A stretch of 64,000 bases of DNA from Gemmatimonadota bacterium. Lineage in GTDB: Bacteria > Gemmatimonadota > Gemmatimonadetes > Gemmatimonadales > Gemmatimonadaceae. Numbering within the stretch: position 1 is the stretch's first letter; every line of letters begins with the position of its first letter. Under the pieces are notes generated by a model, which had not been told where the DNA came from, did no database searches, and saw nothing but the letters and a program-made list of their open reading frames with translations. Both the position numbers and the translations under genes were made by a program. This document shows positions 44,668-55,208 of this stretch, piece by piece. The stretch is taken from the NCBI GenBank assembly GCA_016194585.1, contig JACQBG010000034.1:50147-114146 (forward strand). The letters are read 5' to 3'.

Positions 44668-45434
44668 CTGTCCACTCCGGGATCTTCGATCGGGTCGTTC
44701 GATGTCGACGGGGTCGCCGGTGCGGCGCCCGCCGTCGCTTGCTGCTCCTGCAAGAGACGTTCGTACTCCAGCGGATGCTCCTTGCGGATCTCGCTCTCCG
44801 AGATGCGGCCGTCCCACCACACCCAGCTCATCGGGAACTTGTCGGGGTTGTAGTGCACGTTGTAGAAGTGCCACACCACGATCGCCGAGATGGCGAGGAT
44901 GGCCTCGTCGCTGTGCATGACGTAGGCGATGCCGATCGTGAGGTCGGGGAGCGCGTTGCCGAAGAACACGGGGAACCAGAGCACGAGCCCCGAGAACATC
45001 ATCACCGGCAATCCCCAGAACACGGCGAAGTAGTCGAACTTCTCGCGGAAGCTGAACCGGTCGTAGGGGGGCAGGTCGGGGCGGAGCCCCCAGTAGTAGC
45101 GCGACGTCTGCCACCAGTCGCTCGCGTCCTTCAGCGTCGGGATGATGGGCCACGCCTTGCGCACGTCGTAGCCGCTCTTCCGCAGCAGGTGGAAGAGGTA
45201 GCCGAGGTGCAGTACGCCGTCGAGGATCATGACGACGGCCGAGACGCGGTGGATGGTGCGCGCCACGGCGAGTCCGCCCACGAGCGTGTACACCACGCCC
45301 AGCCAGTGCGTCTCGGGGAAGCGCATGGGCAGGCCCGTGATGGCGAGCGCCAGGAAGCTGCCCAGCATGAGCCAGTGCTGCACGCGCTGGAAGAGCGAGA
45401 GGCGGATGAAGTGGCGCTCGGCGTGGTCGGTCAT
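44664..45434 (-). CDS. b-type cytochrome membrane subunit (FdnI/PhsC/Ni_hydr_CYTB-like)
   Basis: RVQHWLMLGSFLALAITG motif, 4-5 TM helices with conserved His residues. ATG 45434 is preceded by GGAG and avoids the 17-nt overlap implied by the longest ORF (start 45461). Confidence 0.75.
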   Translation of the reverse strand: MTDHAERHFIRLSLFQRVQHWLMLGSFLALAITGLPMRFPETHWLGVVYTLVGGLAVARTIHRVSAVVMILDGVLHLGYLFHLLRKSGYDVRKAWPIIPTLKDASDWWQTSRYYWGLRPDLPPYDRFSFREKFDYFAVFWGLPVMMFSGLVLWFPVFFGNALPDLTIGIAYVMHSDEAILAISAIVVWHFYNVHYNPDKFPMSWVWWDGRISESEIRKEHPLEYERLLQEQQATAGAAPATPSTSNDPIEDPGVDR

Positions 45435-45444
45435 CGGAGCTCCG

Positions 45445-46473
45445 TCAGTCGACGAGGACACGGCGGACCGCGCCCCACACGAGAGTGAGCGGGCGCCGCA
45501 GCGAGAGGAGCTGGCGGCCGAGCCAGGCGAGCGCGCGACGCAACAGCGCGACCCACCGGTACTTCACCTGCACGTCGAGCACGATGCCGGCCACGAGCAG
45601 CGCCATCGTGCCGAGGGTGAGCACCTTGAAGAACAGCTCGAGGAAGGCGAGGATCGGCTCGCGGTCGATGCGCAGCGCGAGGTGGTTGGCGCCCGACATG
45701 GCGAAGTTGAGCTTCGCGCCGCGGTGGCAGCCGGACTGGCCACAAGTCTTGGCGATGTTCCCGACGGCGATCGACGAGGCGGTGCTGTCGTGCGGCAGCG
45801 GGCGGTGCGCGGTGTGGCAGTCCTGGCAGACCGCGGCCGTGGTGGAGCCGAACGTGATCGCCTTGTAATGGAAGCTGCGGCGATAGGAGCTCACGGCGTC
45901 CGGCGTGACCTTGTGCTGCGTCATCAGCGCGCGGTCGTCGTGGCAGGTGACGCACTGCGCCATCTTCTGGCGTGACGTCAGGGTGTGCGGCGACTTCGGC
46001 ACGGCGTGCGGGTCGCCGCCGCCGTGACAGGTGGTGCAGCGCGGGCTCCCGGAGGTCGCGTCGGTGAGTCCCTTGCGGTGGGCGCTCGACTCGAAGTCGG
46101 TGAGGGCGCGCTGGTGCGTGTACGGCTTGCCGGCGGCGTCGGTGGCGTGGCAGTCGGCGCCGCACGATACCGGGCGGCGAGGTGTCGTGAACTCGTGCGG
46201 GTAGCCCTGCACGTCGGCGTGGCACTGCCGGCACTCGAGCCTGGCGTGCGCGGAGGCGGCCAGCGTGTCGGGCGACACGGTGTAGCGGTGCACCGCCAGG
46301 GTGGCGGAGTCGCGCACGGCGAGGTTGGGGAGGGCGTGGCAGCGGAGGCAGGGCGCAGAGCCGTTCGCGCCGGAGACAGGAGAGGGAAGGGGGGCCGCGC
46401 CGCGCTGCGACTGCGCCGGCGACGCCATCAGCAGCGCCGCCGCCACCCCCGCGATCCCCGACCGGAATGCCAT
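45445..46473 (-). CDS. multihaem c-type cytochrome (5 CxxCH + CX3CH + CX4CH) with C-terminal TM anchor
   Basis: Signal peptide. Motifs CLRCH, CRQCH, CGADCH, CTTCH, CVTCH, CQDCH, CGQSGCH. C-terminal hydrophobic helix ILAFLELFFKVLTLGTMALLVAGIVL. Confidence 0.85.
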   Translation of the reverse strand: MAFRSGIAGVAAALLMASPAQSQRGAAPLPSPVSGANGSAPCLRCHALPNLAVRDSATLAVHRYTVSPDTLAASAHARLECRQCHADVQGYPHEFTTPRRPVSCGADCHATDAAGKPYTHQRALTDFESSAHRKGLTDATSGSPRCTTCHGGGDPHAVPKSPHTLTSRQKMAQCVTCHDDRALMTQHKVTPDAVSSYRRSFHYKAITFGSTTAAVCQDCHTAHRPLPHDSTASSIAVGNIAKTCGQSGCHRGAKLNFAMSGANHLALRIDREPILAFLELFFKVLTLGTMALLVAGIVLDVQVKYRWVALLRRALAWLGRQLLSLRRPLTLVWGAVRRVLVD

Positions 46474-46676
46474 CACGTTCGCACGTGCTCCTGAGCCGTT
46501 GCGCCGCTCGTCGCGGGCGTCGCCCGGGTGGGCGACGAAACGTTTACAGGCTCACCTGCATCCTAGGAGTCATCGCAGGTACGGGACATCAGGGAAGTAG
46601 ACATATATCTGTAAGGAAATATGTCGATATGGTTGACCATCACGCCGGATACGGGGGGGGCGGTCGCATCCCGGGC

Positions 46677-48401
46677 ATGCCGCACGCGCCGGTGCGTCGC
46701 GCGGACCGCGCGACGGCCCTGTATCGTTCAACAGCGTTCCGTATCGCTTCGAGCCCCTCGCCGACCCGAACCCGAGCCCCGACGCCCGTGTCCGAGCACC
46801 CGCGTGCCGCACGCCGCCCTACCGACGCCTGGCTGGGGATGCTCCTCCTCGCCTTGCTCGTGGTGGCGTACGCCCCGGCGCTGAACGGCGGCTACGTGTG
46901 GGACGACGACGCCCACGTCACGAGGACCGCGCTCCGCTCCCTCGACGGCCTGCGCCGCATCTGGTTCGACCTCGGCGCCACGCAGCAGTATTACCCACTG
47001 TTGCACTCGGCATTCTGGCTCGAGGCGCAGCTCTGGGGCGACGTCACGCTCGGCTACCACCTCACGAACGTCGTGCTCCAGTTCGCCGATGCGTCGCTCA
47101 TCGTGGTGCTGGCGCAGCGGCTCGGCATCCGCGGCGCGTGGCTCGCCGGCTTCCTCTTCGCGCTGCACCCCGTGCACGTGGAGTCGGTGGCCTGGATCTC
47201 GGAACAGAAGAACACGCTCTCGCTGCTCTTCTACCTCGCCGCCGCGCTCGCGTACCTCCGCTTCGACGAACGGCGCGCCGGGCGCGACTACGCGATCGCA
47301 TCGGCCCTCTTCCTCTGCGCGCTCCTCACGAAGACGGTGACGGCCACGTTGCCGGCCGCGCTGCTCGTGCTGTTCTGGTGGCAGCGCGGGCGGCTCAGCT
47401 GGCGGCGCGACGCGCGGCCGCTCCTGCCCTGGTTCGCCGTCGCCGCGGCAAGCGGGTTGTTCACCGCCTGGGTCGAGCGGCACATCATCGGCGCGGAGGG
47501 TTCGGAGTACGCGCTCGACGCCCTGCAACGCGCGCTGCTCGCGGCGCGCGTCATCTGCTTCTACCTGGGCAAGCTGTTCTGGCCGGCGGATCTCATCTTC
47601 ACGTATCCACACTGGACGATCGATCCGGGCTCGCCGGCCACGTGGGGATGGGTGGGGCTGCTCGTGGCGATCGCCGCCGCGCTGTGGGCGGTGCGAGGGC
47701 GCTCGCGCGCGCCGCTCGCCGCGCTGCTCCTCTTCTGCGGTTCGCTCTTCCCGGTGCTCGGGTTCCTCGACATCTACCCGTTCCGCTACTCGTACGTGGC
47801 CGATCACTTCCAGTACCTCCCGAGCGTCGGCATCATGGTGGCGGTCGCGGCAGGGCTCGCGTGGATCGCCGATCGGGTGCAGCTCCCGCGCGGCGCGCGG
47901 CTGGCGGCGGCAGGCGCGCTCGTCGTCACGCTCGGCGCGCTCACCTGGCGGCAGAGCGGCATGTACGCCGACGCGGAGACGCTCGACCGCGCGACGCTCG
48001 AGCGCAATCCCGACAGTTGGAAGGAGCAGAACAACCTCGGTCGCCTGCTGGCCCGTTCGCAGCGGCGGATGCCGGAGGCGATCCCGCACTACGAGGCGGC
48101 GATCCGCCTCAAGCCGGATCACGTGCTGGCGCACTACAGTCTCGGGGTGGCATTGTACGTCACGGGGCGACGCCCCGAGGCGGTCGAGCATTTCCGGCGC
48201 GTGCTGCGACTCGCTCGCGGGAATGGGTTGCTGGTCGCCAATTCGCACTTCTTCCTCGGCGCGATCCTGATGGACGAACCCGGGCGGTTGGACGAAGCGA
48301 TCGCGGAACTGGAGGAGGCGTTGCGCATGAAGCCCGGCGATGCCGAAGTCACGGGACGACTCGATGAGGCGCGCGCGTTGCGATTGCGCGGTGGGCGATA
48401 G
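46677..48401 (+). CDS. GT-C-fold membrane protein with C-terminal TPR repeats (TMTC/PMT_2/DUF1736-like)
   Basis: ~10 TM helices. First-loop motif NGGYVWDDDAHV, then HPVHVESVAWISEQKN. C-terminal TPRs (NNLGRLL...YEAAIRLKPDHVLAHYSLG...). The start is uncertain: 46629, 46677 or 46839. Confidence 0.75.
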   Translation: MPHAPVRRADRATALYRSTAFRIASSPSPTRTRAPTPVSEHPRAARRPTDAWLGMLLLALLVVAYAPALNGGYVWDDDAHVTRTALRSLDGLRRIWFDLGATQQYYPLLHSAFWLEAQLWGDVTLGYHLTNVVLQFADASLIVVLAQRLGIRGAWLAGFLFALHPVHVESVAWISEQKNTLSLLFYLAAALAYLRFDERRAGRDYAIASALFLCALLTKTVTATLPAALLVLFWWQRGRLSWRRDARPLLPWFAVAAASGLFTAWVERHIIGAEGSEYALDALQRALLAARVICFYLGKLFWPADLIFTYPHWTIDPGSPATWGWVGLLVAIAAALWAVRGRSRAPLAALLLFCGSLFPVLGFLDIYPFRYSYVADHFQYLPSVGIMVAVAAGLAWIADRVQLPRGARLAAAGALVVTLGALTWRQSGMYADAETLDRATLERNPDSWKEQNNLGRLLARSQRRMPEAIPHYEAAIRLKPDHVLAHYSLGVALYVTGRRPEAVEHFRRVLRLARGNGLLVANSHFFLGAILMDEPGRLDEAIAELEEALRMKPGDAEVTGRLDEARALRLRGGR

Positions 48402-49698
48402 GCGTTCGACGCGGCCGTTGACGCACCGTTTCGCCGCGGGCGGCCGGGCGCCGCGACGCCTGTGGGTCGGCGTGCTGCTCACGCTCGCCGCGTGCGGCGG
48501 TGGCGGGAGCGGCGATGCCGGCAGCATCGGCGGACTGGCGACGGTGACCGGCGGCCCCAAGGTGCTGAGTCGCGTGCTGGTCATCATGCCGGCGACGACG
48601 ATGCTCGTGGGCGAGACGATGACGGCCACGGCGGCGGGCTTCGATCAGCACGGTGCGCCGATCGCCATCGGCCCGCCCGCCTGGTCGACGAGTGCGCCGG
48701 ACATCGCCACCGCGACCGCCGCCGGTGCGGTATCGGGCCTCGCGCCCGGGACCACCTCGGTGATCGCGACCGTCGACGGACAGCACGGGGAGGTGGTGCT
48801 CGGCGTCCTCCCGGTGCCGATCTCGCGGGTGACGCTGTCGCCGGCGCTGCTCCCGCTCGCCGTCGGTCAGCTGCAGCCGCTGACCGCGACCGTCGTCGAC
48901 GTGCGTGGCAACGTCGTCACCGGACATCCGATCGCGTGGAGCAGCTCCGCTCCCTCGGTCGCGACGGTGAGCGCGACCGGCGTCGTCACCGCCGCGGCCG
49001 CCGGTACGGCGACGGTCACCGCGACGTGCGACGGCGTGGCGCAGACGGCGCTCGTGACGGTGACGCTCCGTCTCGCGAGCGTCGCGAGCATCTCCGTGAC
49101 GCCCGCGGCATCGGCGCTCTCGATGGGGCGCACGTCGCCGCTCGTCGCCGAGTTGCGCGACTCGTCGGGAGCGGTGGTGACCGGCCGCGCGATCGGTTGG
49201 TCGACCGACGCGCCGGCGGTCGCCACCGTCAACCCGACGGGGGTCGTCACCGCCGTGGCGCCGGGCACGGCGACCATCTCCGCGACGAGCGAGGGACACA
49301 GCGCCGCGGCGACCGTGACGGTGACGAACGACGTCGTGGTGGAGTTGGTGAATCCGCAGACGACGACCGTCTCGGGCGACACGGTGTTCGTGGCCGCCAT
49401 CGTGAAGGCGGCGCGTCCGCTCGCGTCGGTGTTCGCCGACGTCGGGCGTCATCACGTGCAGCTCCTGCTCATCCACATCGGCGCGCTGGGCGGGGTGCCG
49501 GCGTGGGGCGCACACATCGACATCTCCGACGCCTACTGGGGGCCCACGACGGTCACGGTCACCGCCACCGACGCGAGCGGGTCGACCGGTTCGGGATCGG
49601 TGCGATTCACCTACAACCCATCGCACGTCACGGGCGGCATCATCCCGCCGACGAAGGACCGGGCGCTCGTGCCGGCCGTGAGGAAGCGCATTCCGTAG
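48364..49698 (+). CDS. lipoprotein with ~3 tandem Big_2 Ig-like domains
   Basis: Lipobox LLTLAAC followed by a Gly-rich linker. Repeated ...VTLSP..L.L.VGQ...L.ATV.D..GN.V.G..I.WSS....VATV...GVVTA...GTATVTAT modules. The start is uncertain (48340, 48364 or 48391), and every option overlaps the upstream gene. Confidence 0.8.
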   Translation: MRRARCDCAVGDRRSTRPLTHRFAAGGRAPRRLWVGVLLTLAACGGGGSGDAGSIGGLATVTGGPKVLSRVLVIMPATTMLVGETMTATAAGFDQHGAPIAIGPPAWSTSAPDIATATAAGAVSGLAPGTTSVIATVDGQHGEVVLGVLPVPISRVTLSPALLPLAVGQLQPLTATVVDVRGNVVTGHPIAWSSSAPSVATVSATGVVTAAAAGTATVTATCDGVAQTALVTVTLRLASVASISVTPAASALSMGRTSPLVAELRDSSGAVVTGRAIGWSTDAPAVATVNPTGVVTAVAPGTATISATSEGHSAAATVTVTNDVVVELVNPQTTTVSGDTVFVAAIVKAARPLASVFADVGRHHVQLLLIHIGALGGVPAWGAHIDISDAYWGPTTVTVTATDASGSTGSGSVRFTYNPSHVTGGIIPPTKDRALVPAVRKRIP

Positions 49699-49752
49699 CG
49701 AACGGCGTCGCGGCGCGCCGCGCGCACCGATCGGCGCGGCGCGCGCGGCGAC

Positions 49753-51750
<1,998 letters not shown>

Positions 51751-51754
51751 GCCG

Positions 51755-54085
51755 CTACTGGGCTCCCACGGTCTGGCTGAACACCCAGCTCAGCTTCACG
51801 AAGAAGCCGTCGGTCGACCGGCGCAGTTGCTGGAAGGCGAGCGGATCGGCCTCGACGAGACTGTTGCCGTAGCCGGCGAAGAACACGGTGCCTGGCGACG
51901 GCCGGTACGAGATGAGGAAGTCGGCGCGCAACAGGTTCGACTGCTGTTCCGTGGCCGGGACGAAGGTGCCGTCGCCGGCGGCGACCAACAGGATGCGCCC
52001 GGTCGACGGGTCGACGAGCGGCTCGCGCAGGGTGGCCGTGTACTGCGACACGATGCGCACGAACAACGGGCGCGCGATCTGGTACTCCACCTTGAGGCGC
52101 GGGATGCGCGTCGTCGCGGTGCGCACGCCGTCGCCGAGCCGCGTGAAGGTCGAGCTCACATATGTCGCGCTCACGCGCAACTGGTTGCTCGGACGCAGGT
52201 CGAGCGAGGCGTTGTAGTCGGTGCGCCGCACCGCCGACGTCTCGAAGAAGTCGACGTCCTGGCCGAACGTGCCGCCGACGGAGGCGGTGAAGCCGGGGAA
52301 TTGCGGCGTCGCGAGACTCACCGCCACGACCGATGTGTTCTTGCGCCCGAGCGGCACGAAGGCGCGCGCCGAGCCGTCGGCGGCCGTCGTCCGCACGTTC
52401 GCATACGCCGCGGAGTCGAACGCGTAGCTCGACAACGTCGGCGAGACGTTGAGGTTCCAGCCGCCGCGAAGCGTGAACTGCGTGTTCGCGTTGGCGAAAT
52501 CCTCGAGCACGTGCTGGCCGTTGTAGAAGTCGTCGTACTTCCAGGTGCCGCCCTGACGGAAGTACACGTTGAACCGCTCGAGGAAGGCCCCCGGCGCGCC
52601 GTACCATGTGTACCGATTCGCGATGCTCGGCTGCACGACGCCGGTGCGCGTGACGAAGCCGTTGTCGGTGGCGAAATCGGGGTGGATGGCGAGGATGTTG
52701 TAGTGGAAGCCGAAGGTGCGCCCCGTGCGGTCGACGAGCGCCTCCCACATCGGTCCGCTGCGCGCGCCGGCGGCATCGCTCGTGCCGCTCATCACCGCCT
52801 GGAACTGGGCGTAGTACAGCTTGCCGAACACGTAGTGCAGGTCGGCCCCGCCGACGCGGTTCGTGCGCCCGCCGCCCACGCGGTCGCTGTAGAAGACGCC
52901 GGTGGTCGACTGCCCCCCGAGGTCGCGCTGCAGGCGGACGACGTCGACGAGCGGCCGCTGGCCGTTGGGCGTCGTGGAGCCGTCGTCGAGCGCCGAGAGC
53001 ACGGCGACGTCGTTGTCGCCGAGTTTGCCGGTGAGCTTCATGGCGGCGTCGGGCTGCACGATGCGCCGCGTGTAGATCATCGTGTTGGGGACGTTGAACA
53101 GGTCGCTCCCCTCGACGAAGAACGGCCGTTTCTCCGGATAGAACAGCGCGAACCGCGCGTCGGCGGCGATCTGCGTCGCGTCGGCCTCGACCTGCGAGAA
53201 GTCGGGCTTGATGGTGCCGTTGAGGACGAAGTTGCTGCCGAGCCCCCAGCGGATGTTGCCGCCGAGCTGCGGGTGCGACGTGTAGCCCCAGCCGGCGCCG
53301 GTGGCGCCCGTGGGCGCACCGGTGATCGTGCTCGTGAGCTCGGGGTTCAGGTCGATCGTCTGGCCGTGCGTGATGCCGGCGATGCCGCGCAGCTCCCCTT
53401 CCTGCGCGATGAAGCTCGCCGAGCCCTTGAGGGCGCGGGTCCACGTCTCCTCGTAGCCCGAGTGCTGCACGTGGCGGTCGATCTGGATCCCCCAGCGCTG
53501 CTCGTGCGTGGCCGGATAACGCAGGCTGCTGAAGGGGATGCGGATCTCGACTTCGTAGCCGTAGTCGGTGAGCCGCCCCTTCGAGTCCCAGAGGTAGTCG
53601 GCGCTGAGGTCGGTCTGCCCCGGCATGATGTTGGAGCCCGGGATGTAGCCACCGCTCTCGTTCTTGGTGCCGTCGGCCTGCACGCCGAAGGGATTGACGA
53701 TGAACACGAAGGCGCGGCGCCCCTCGTGGAAGGTGTCGAGGTGGATCTCGACGTTGTCGTCGGCGGAGATCTTGTCGCGGTCGGCGAGCGTGGCGCGCAC
53801 GACGCCGTGTGGCTCGAAGGCGCGGATGCCGAAGTAGATCGCCGTCGGCGTGTACCAGACGAGCACCTCGGTGGAATCCGGGGCGGGGCGCTGGTCGGCG
53901 GGCTGGTACTCGGAGAAGCCGGTGAGGAGCGCGGCGCGGCGCCAGACGGGCTCGTCGAGCTTGCCGTCGATGACGATCGGCGACTCGAGCATGGGCGCCG
54001 TGGCGATGGTCTGCCCCTTGAGCGCGTGGTAGACGTCAGGCTGCCCGGCGGCGAGCTGGAATGCGGCGAGGAAGGGTAGGAGCAT
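51755..54085 (-). CDS. DUF5916 / CBM9-like domain protein (paralogue 2)
   Basis: Internal ATG 54085 (MLLPFLAAFQLAAG). IDGKLDEPVWRRAALLTGFSEYQP...IYFGIRAFEP parallels 25801..28347. The stop lies 4 nt upstream of the kinase start. Confidence 0.75.
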   Translation of the reverse strand: MLLPFLAAFQLAAGQPDVYHALKGQTIATAPMLESPIVIDGKLDEPVWRRAALLTGFSEYQPADQRPAPDSTEVLVWYTPTAIYFGIRAFEPHGVVRATLADRDKISADDNVEIHLDTFHEGRRAFVFIVNPFGVQADGTKNESGGYIPGSNIMPGQTDLSADYLWDSKGRLTDYGYEVEIRIPFSSLRYPATHEQRWGIQIDRHVQHSGYEETWTRALKGSASFIAQEGELRGIAGITHGQTIDLNPELTSTITGAPTGATGAGWGYTSHPQLGGNIRWGLGSNFVLNGTIKPDFSQVEADATQIAADARFALFYPEKRPFFVEGSDLFNVPNTMIYTRRIVQPDAAMKLTGKLGDNDVAVLSALDDGSTTPNGQRPLVDVVRLQRDLGGQSTTGVFYSDRVGGGRTNRVGGADLHYVFGKLYYAQFQAVMSGTSDAAGARSGPMWEALVDRTGRTFGFHYNILAIHPDFATDNGFVTRTGVVQPSIANRYTWYGAPGAFLERFNVYFRQGGTWKYDDFYNGQHVLEDFANANTQFTLRGGWNLNVSPTLSSYAFDSAAYANVRTTAADGSARAFVPLGRKNTSVVAVSLATPQFPGFTASVGGTFGQDVDFFETSAVRRTDYNASLDLRPSNQLRVSATYVSSTFTRLGDGVRTATTRIPRLKVEYQIARPLFVRIVSQYTATLREPLVDPSTGRILLVAAGDGTFVPATEQQSNLLRADFLISYRPSPGTVFFAGYGNSLVEADPLAFQQLRRSTDGFFVKLSWVFSQTVGAQ

Positions 54086-54201
54086 GGCCCGTGGAATATA
54101 GCGCCGAGGGTTTCGCCCCACTGTCGAAAGCGCTAACGTGATTTCCTCCCCCTCTTCCCTGCAGCCAACCCCTCCTCCTCCCCCTTTCCCTCCCCCTGCT
54201 C

Positions 54202-54483
54202 GTGCGCCGCGCCTTCGTCAACGAAGACCACGAGGAGTACAAGCCGAAGCGCAACCACCACCTCCCGCCGCGCGACGATCCGTCGTACGACGCGGCGGCC
54301 GCGGCGGCGTTGCTCGAGGGCGCGCGCGTGAGCGAAGTGCTGGATGCGGAAGACGCGACGGGGTACAAGTGGGGCGATCCGCAGCTGCGCGCGCACGTCG
54401 AGGCGCTGCTCGCACAGGCGCGCGCATTGGGCGACGACCGGCTCGAGCAGGTCGCGGAGCGGTACCTCAAGCACCGCGCCTGA
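54202..54483 (+). CDS. small hypothetical protein (93 aa)
   Basis: GTG start, high GC3, N-terminal RRAFVNEDHEE. No domain assignable. Confidence 0.5.
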   Translation: MRRAFVNEDHEEYKPKRNHHLPPRDDPSYDAAAAAALLEGARVSEVLDAEDATGYKWGDPQLRAHVEALLAQARALGDDRLEQVAERYLKHRA

Positions 54484-54498
54484 ACGGTACGATCCGCC

Positions 54499-54957
54499 TC
54501 ACCGGCCGAACCGCATCAGCACCCCGTGCCCCATCGCCACGTCGGGGACGACCACCTCGATGATGCCGTCGTGCCACGAGGCCTGCAGCTGGTCGGAGTA
54601 GTACGAGCCCGGGAGGTCGTAGCTCAGGTAGAGCATGTTGCCGTCGGTGTCGTAGCCGCCGGCGTATGCATGCGTGACGTCGGCGCTCAGTCCGTTCGTC
54701 GTCTCCCGCGCGTGCACGATGAGCTCGTACGAGCCGTCGCCGTGCAGGGTGATCCAGCCGTCGACGACGTCCACGGCGTCGACATGCCCGGGGCCCGCCG
54801 CGACATAGACGTTGGAAGGGACGTAGCGGCCGTTCGCCGCGACGAGCTCGTAGGTGCCGCGATCCCAATATGGACTGAAGGGACCGTCGTGGCACGCCGT
54901 GATCGTGACCAGCCCGAGCGCCAACAGTGCGCCACGCAACATCGCGGACGGTGACAT
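54499..54957 (-). CDS. hypothetical lipoprotein (152 aa)
   Basis: Lipobox LVTITAC with normal codon bias. Confidence 0.6.
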   Translation of the reverse strand: MSPSAMLRGALLALGLVTITACHDGPFSPYWDRGTYELVAANGRYVPSNVYVAAGPGHVDAVDVVDGWITLHGDGSYELIVHARETTNGLSADVTHAYAGGYDTDGNMLYLSYDLPGSYYSDQLQASWHDGIIEVVVPDVAMGHGVLMRFGR

Positions 54958-55106
54958 CGGATCCTCCGGTCGGGTTCACCGGAGAAGAGGGCAAGGACGG
55001 TGCCAGCCGAATTGCCCATGTTCGAGGGCGCACACGCGCGAAAGCGTCCCTAACTGACGACAGTCCTGTCGCGGTTTGAAACAACGCCACATCCACTGGT
55101 CCGTGC

Positions 55107-55179
55107 GCCGGCGAATTTCAGAGGGGATCAGTACTGATCGCTTTCCGATCAGATCTGATCCCCCCAAGAATTCGCCGGC
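55107..55179. repeat. 73-bp imperfect palindromic intergenic element, copy B (inverse orientation)
   Basis: GCCGGCGAATTTCAGAGGGGATCAGTACTGATCG-CTTTC-CGATCAGATCTGATCCCCCCAAGAATTCGCCGGC. Same termini and GAGGGGATC core as copy A. Confidence 0.8.
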
Positions 55180-55208
55180 ACCGATCGATCCGCCCCGGTT
55201 CGACGCCC

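Noticed and set aside
44668-45153. N-terminal 162 codons of the 821-aa ORF 42688..45153
   Set aside because: This extension overlaps the cytochrome b gene in another frame and is Arg/Pro-rich. ATG 44667 gives a sensible TM anchor and an ATGA coupling with the upstream gene.
40940-46500. Idea that tRNA-Gln marks the border of an integrated genomic island containing the cytochrome module
   Set aside because: I found no integrase gene and no direct repeat of the tRNA 3' end. The composition of the downstream genes looks like the rest of the window. This is kept only as a minor possibility under the palindrome finding.
46621-46884. 87-aa ORF starting at an ATG 3 nt after AGGA in the cytochrome/TPR divergent region
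   Set aside because: The SD spacing is too short and the product is Arg/Pro-rich. It overlaps the N-terminus of the TMTC-like gene frame, which has the better coding signal.
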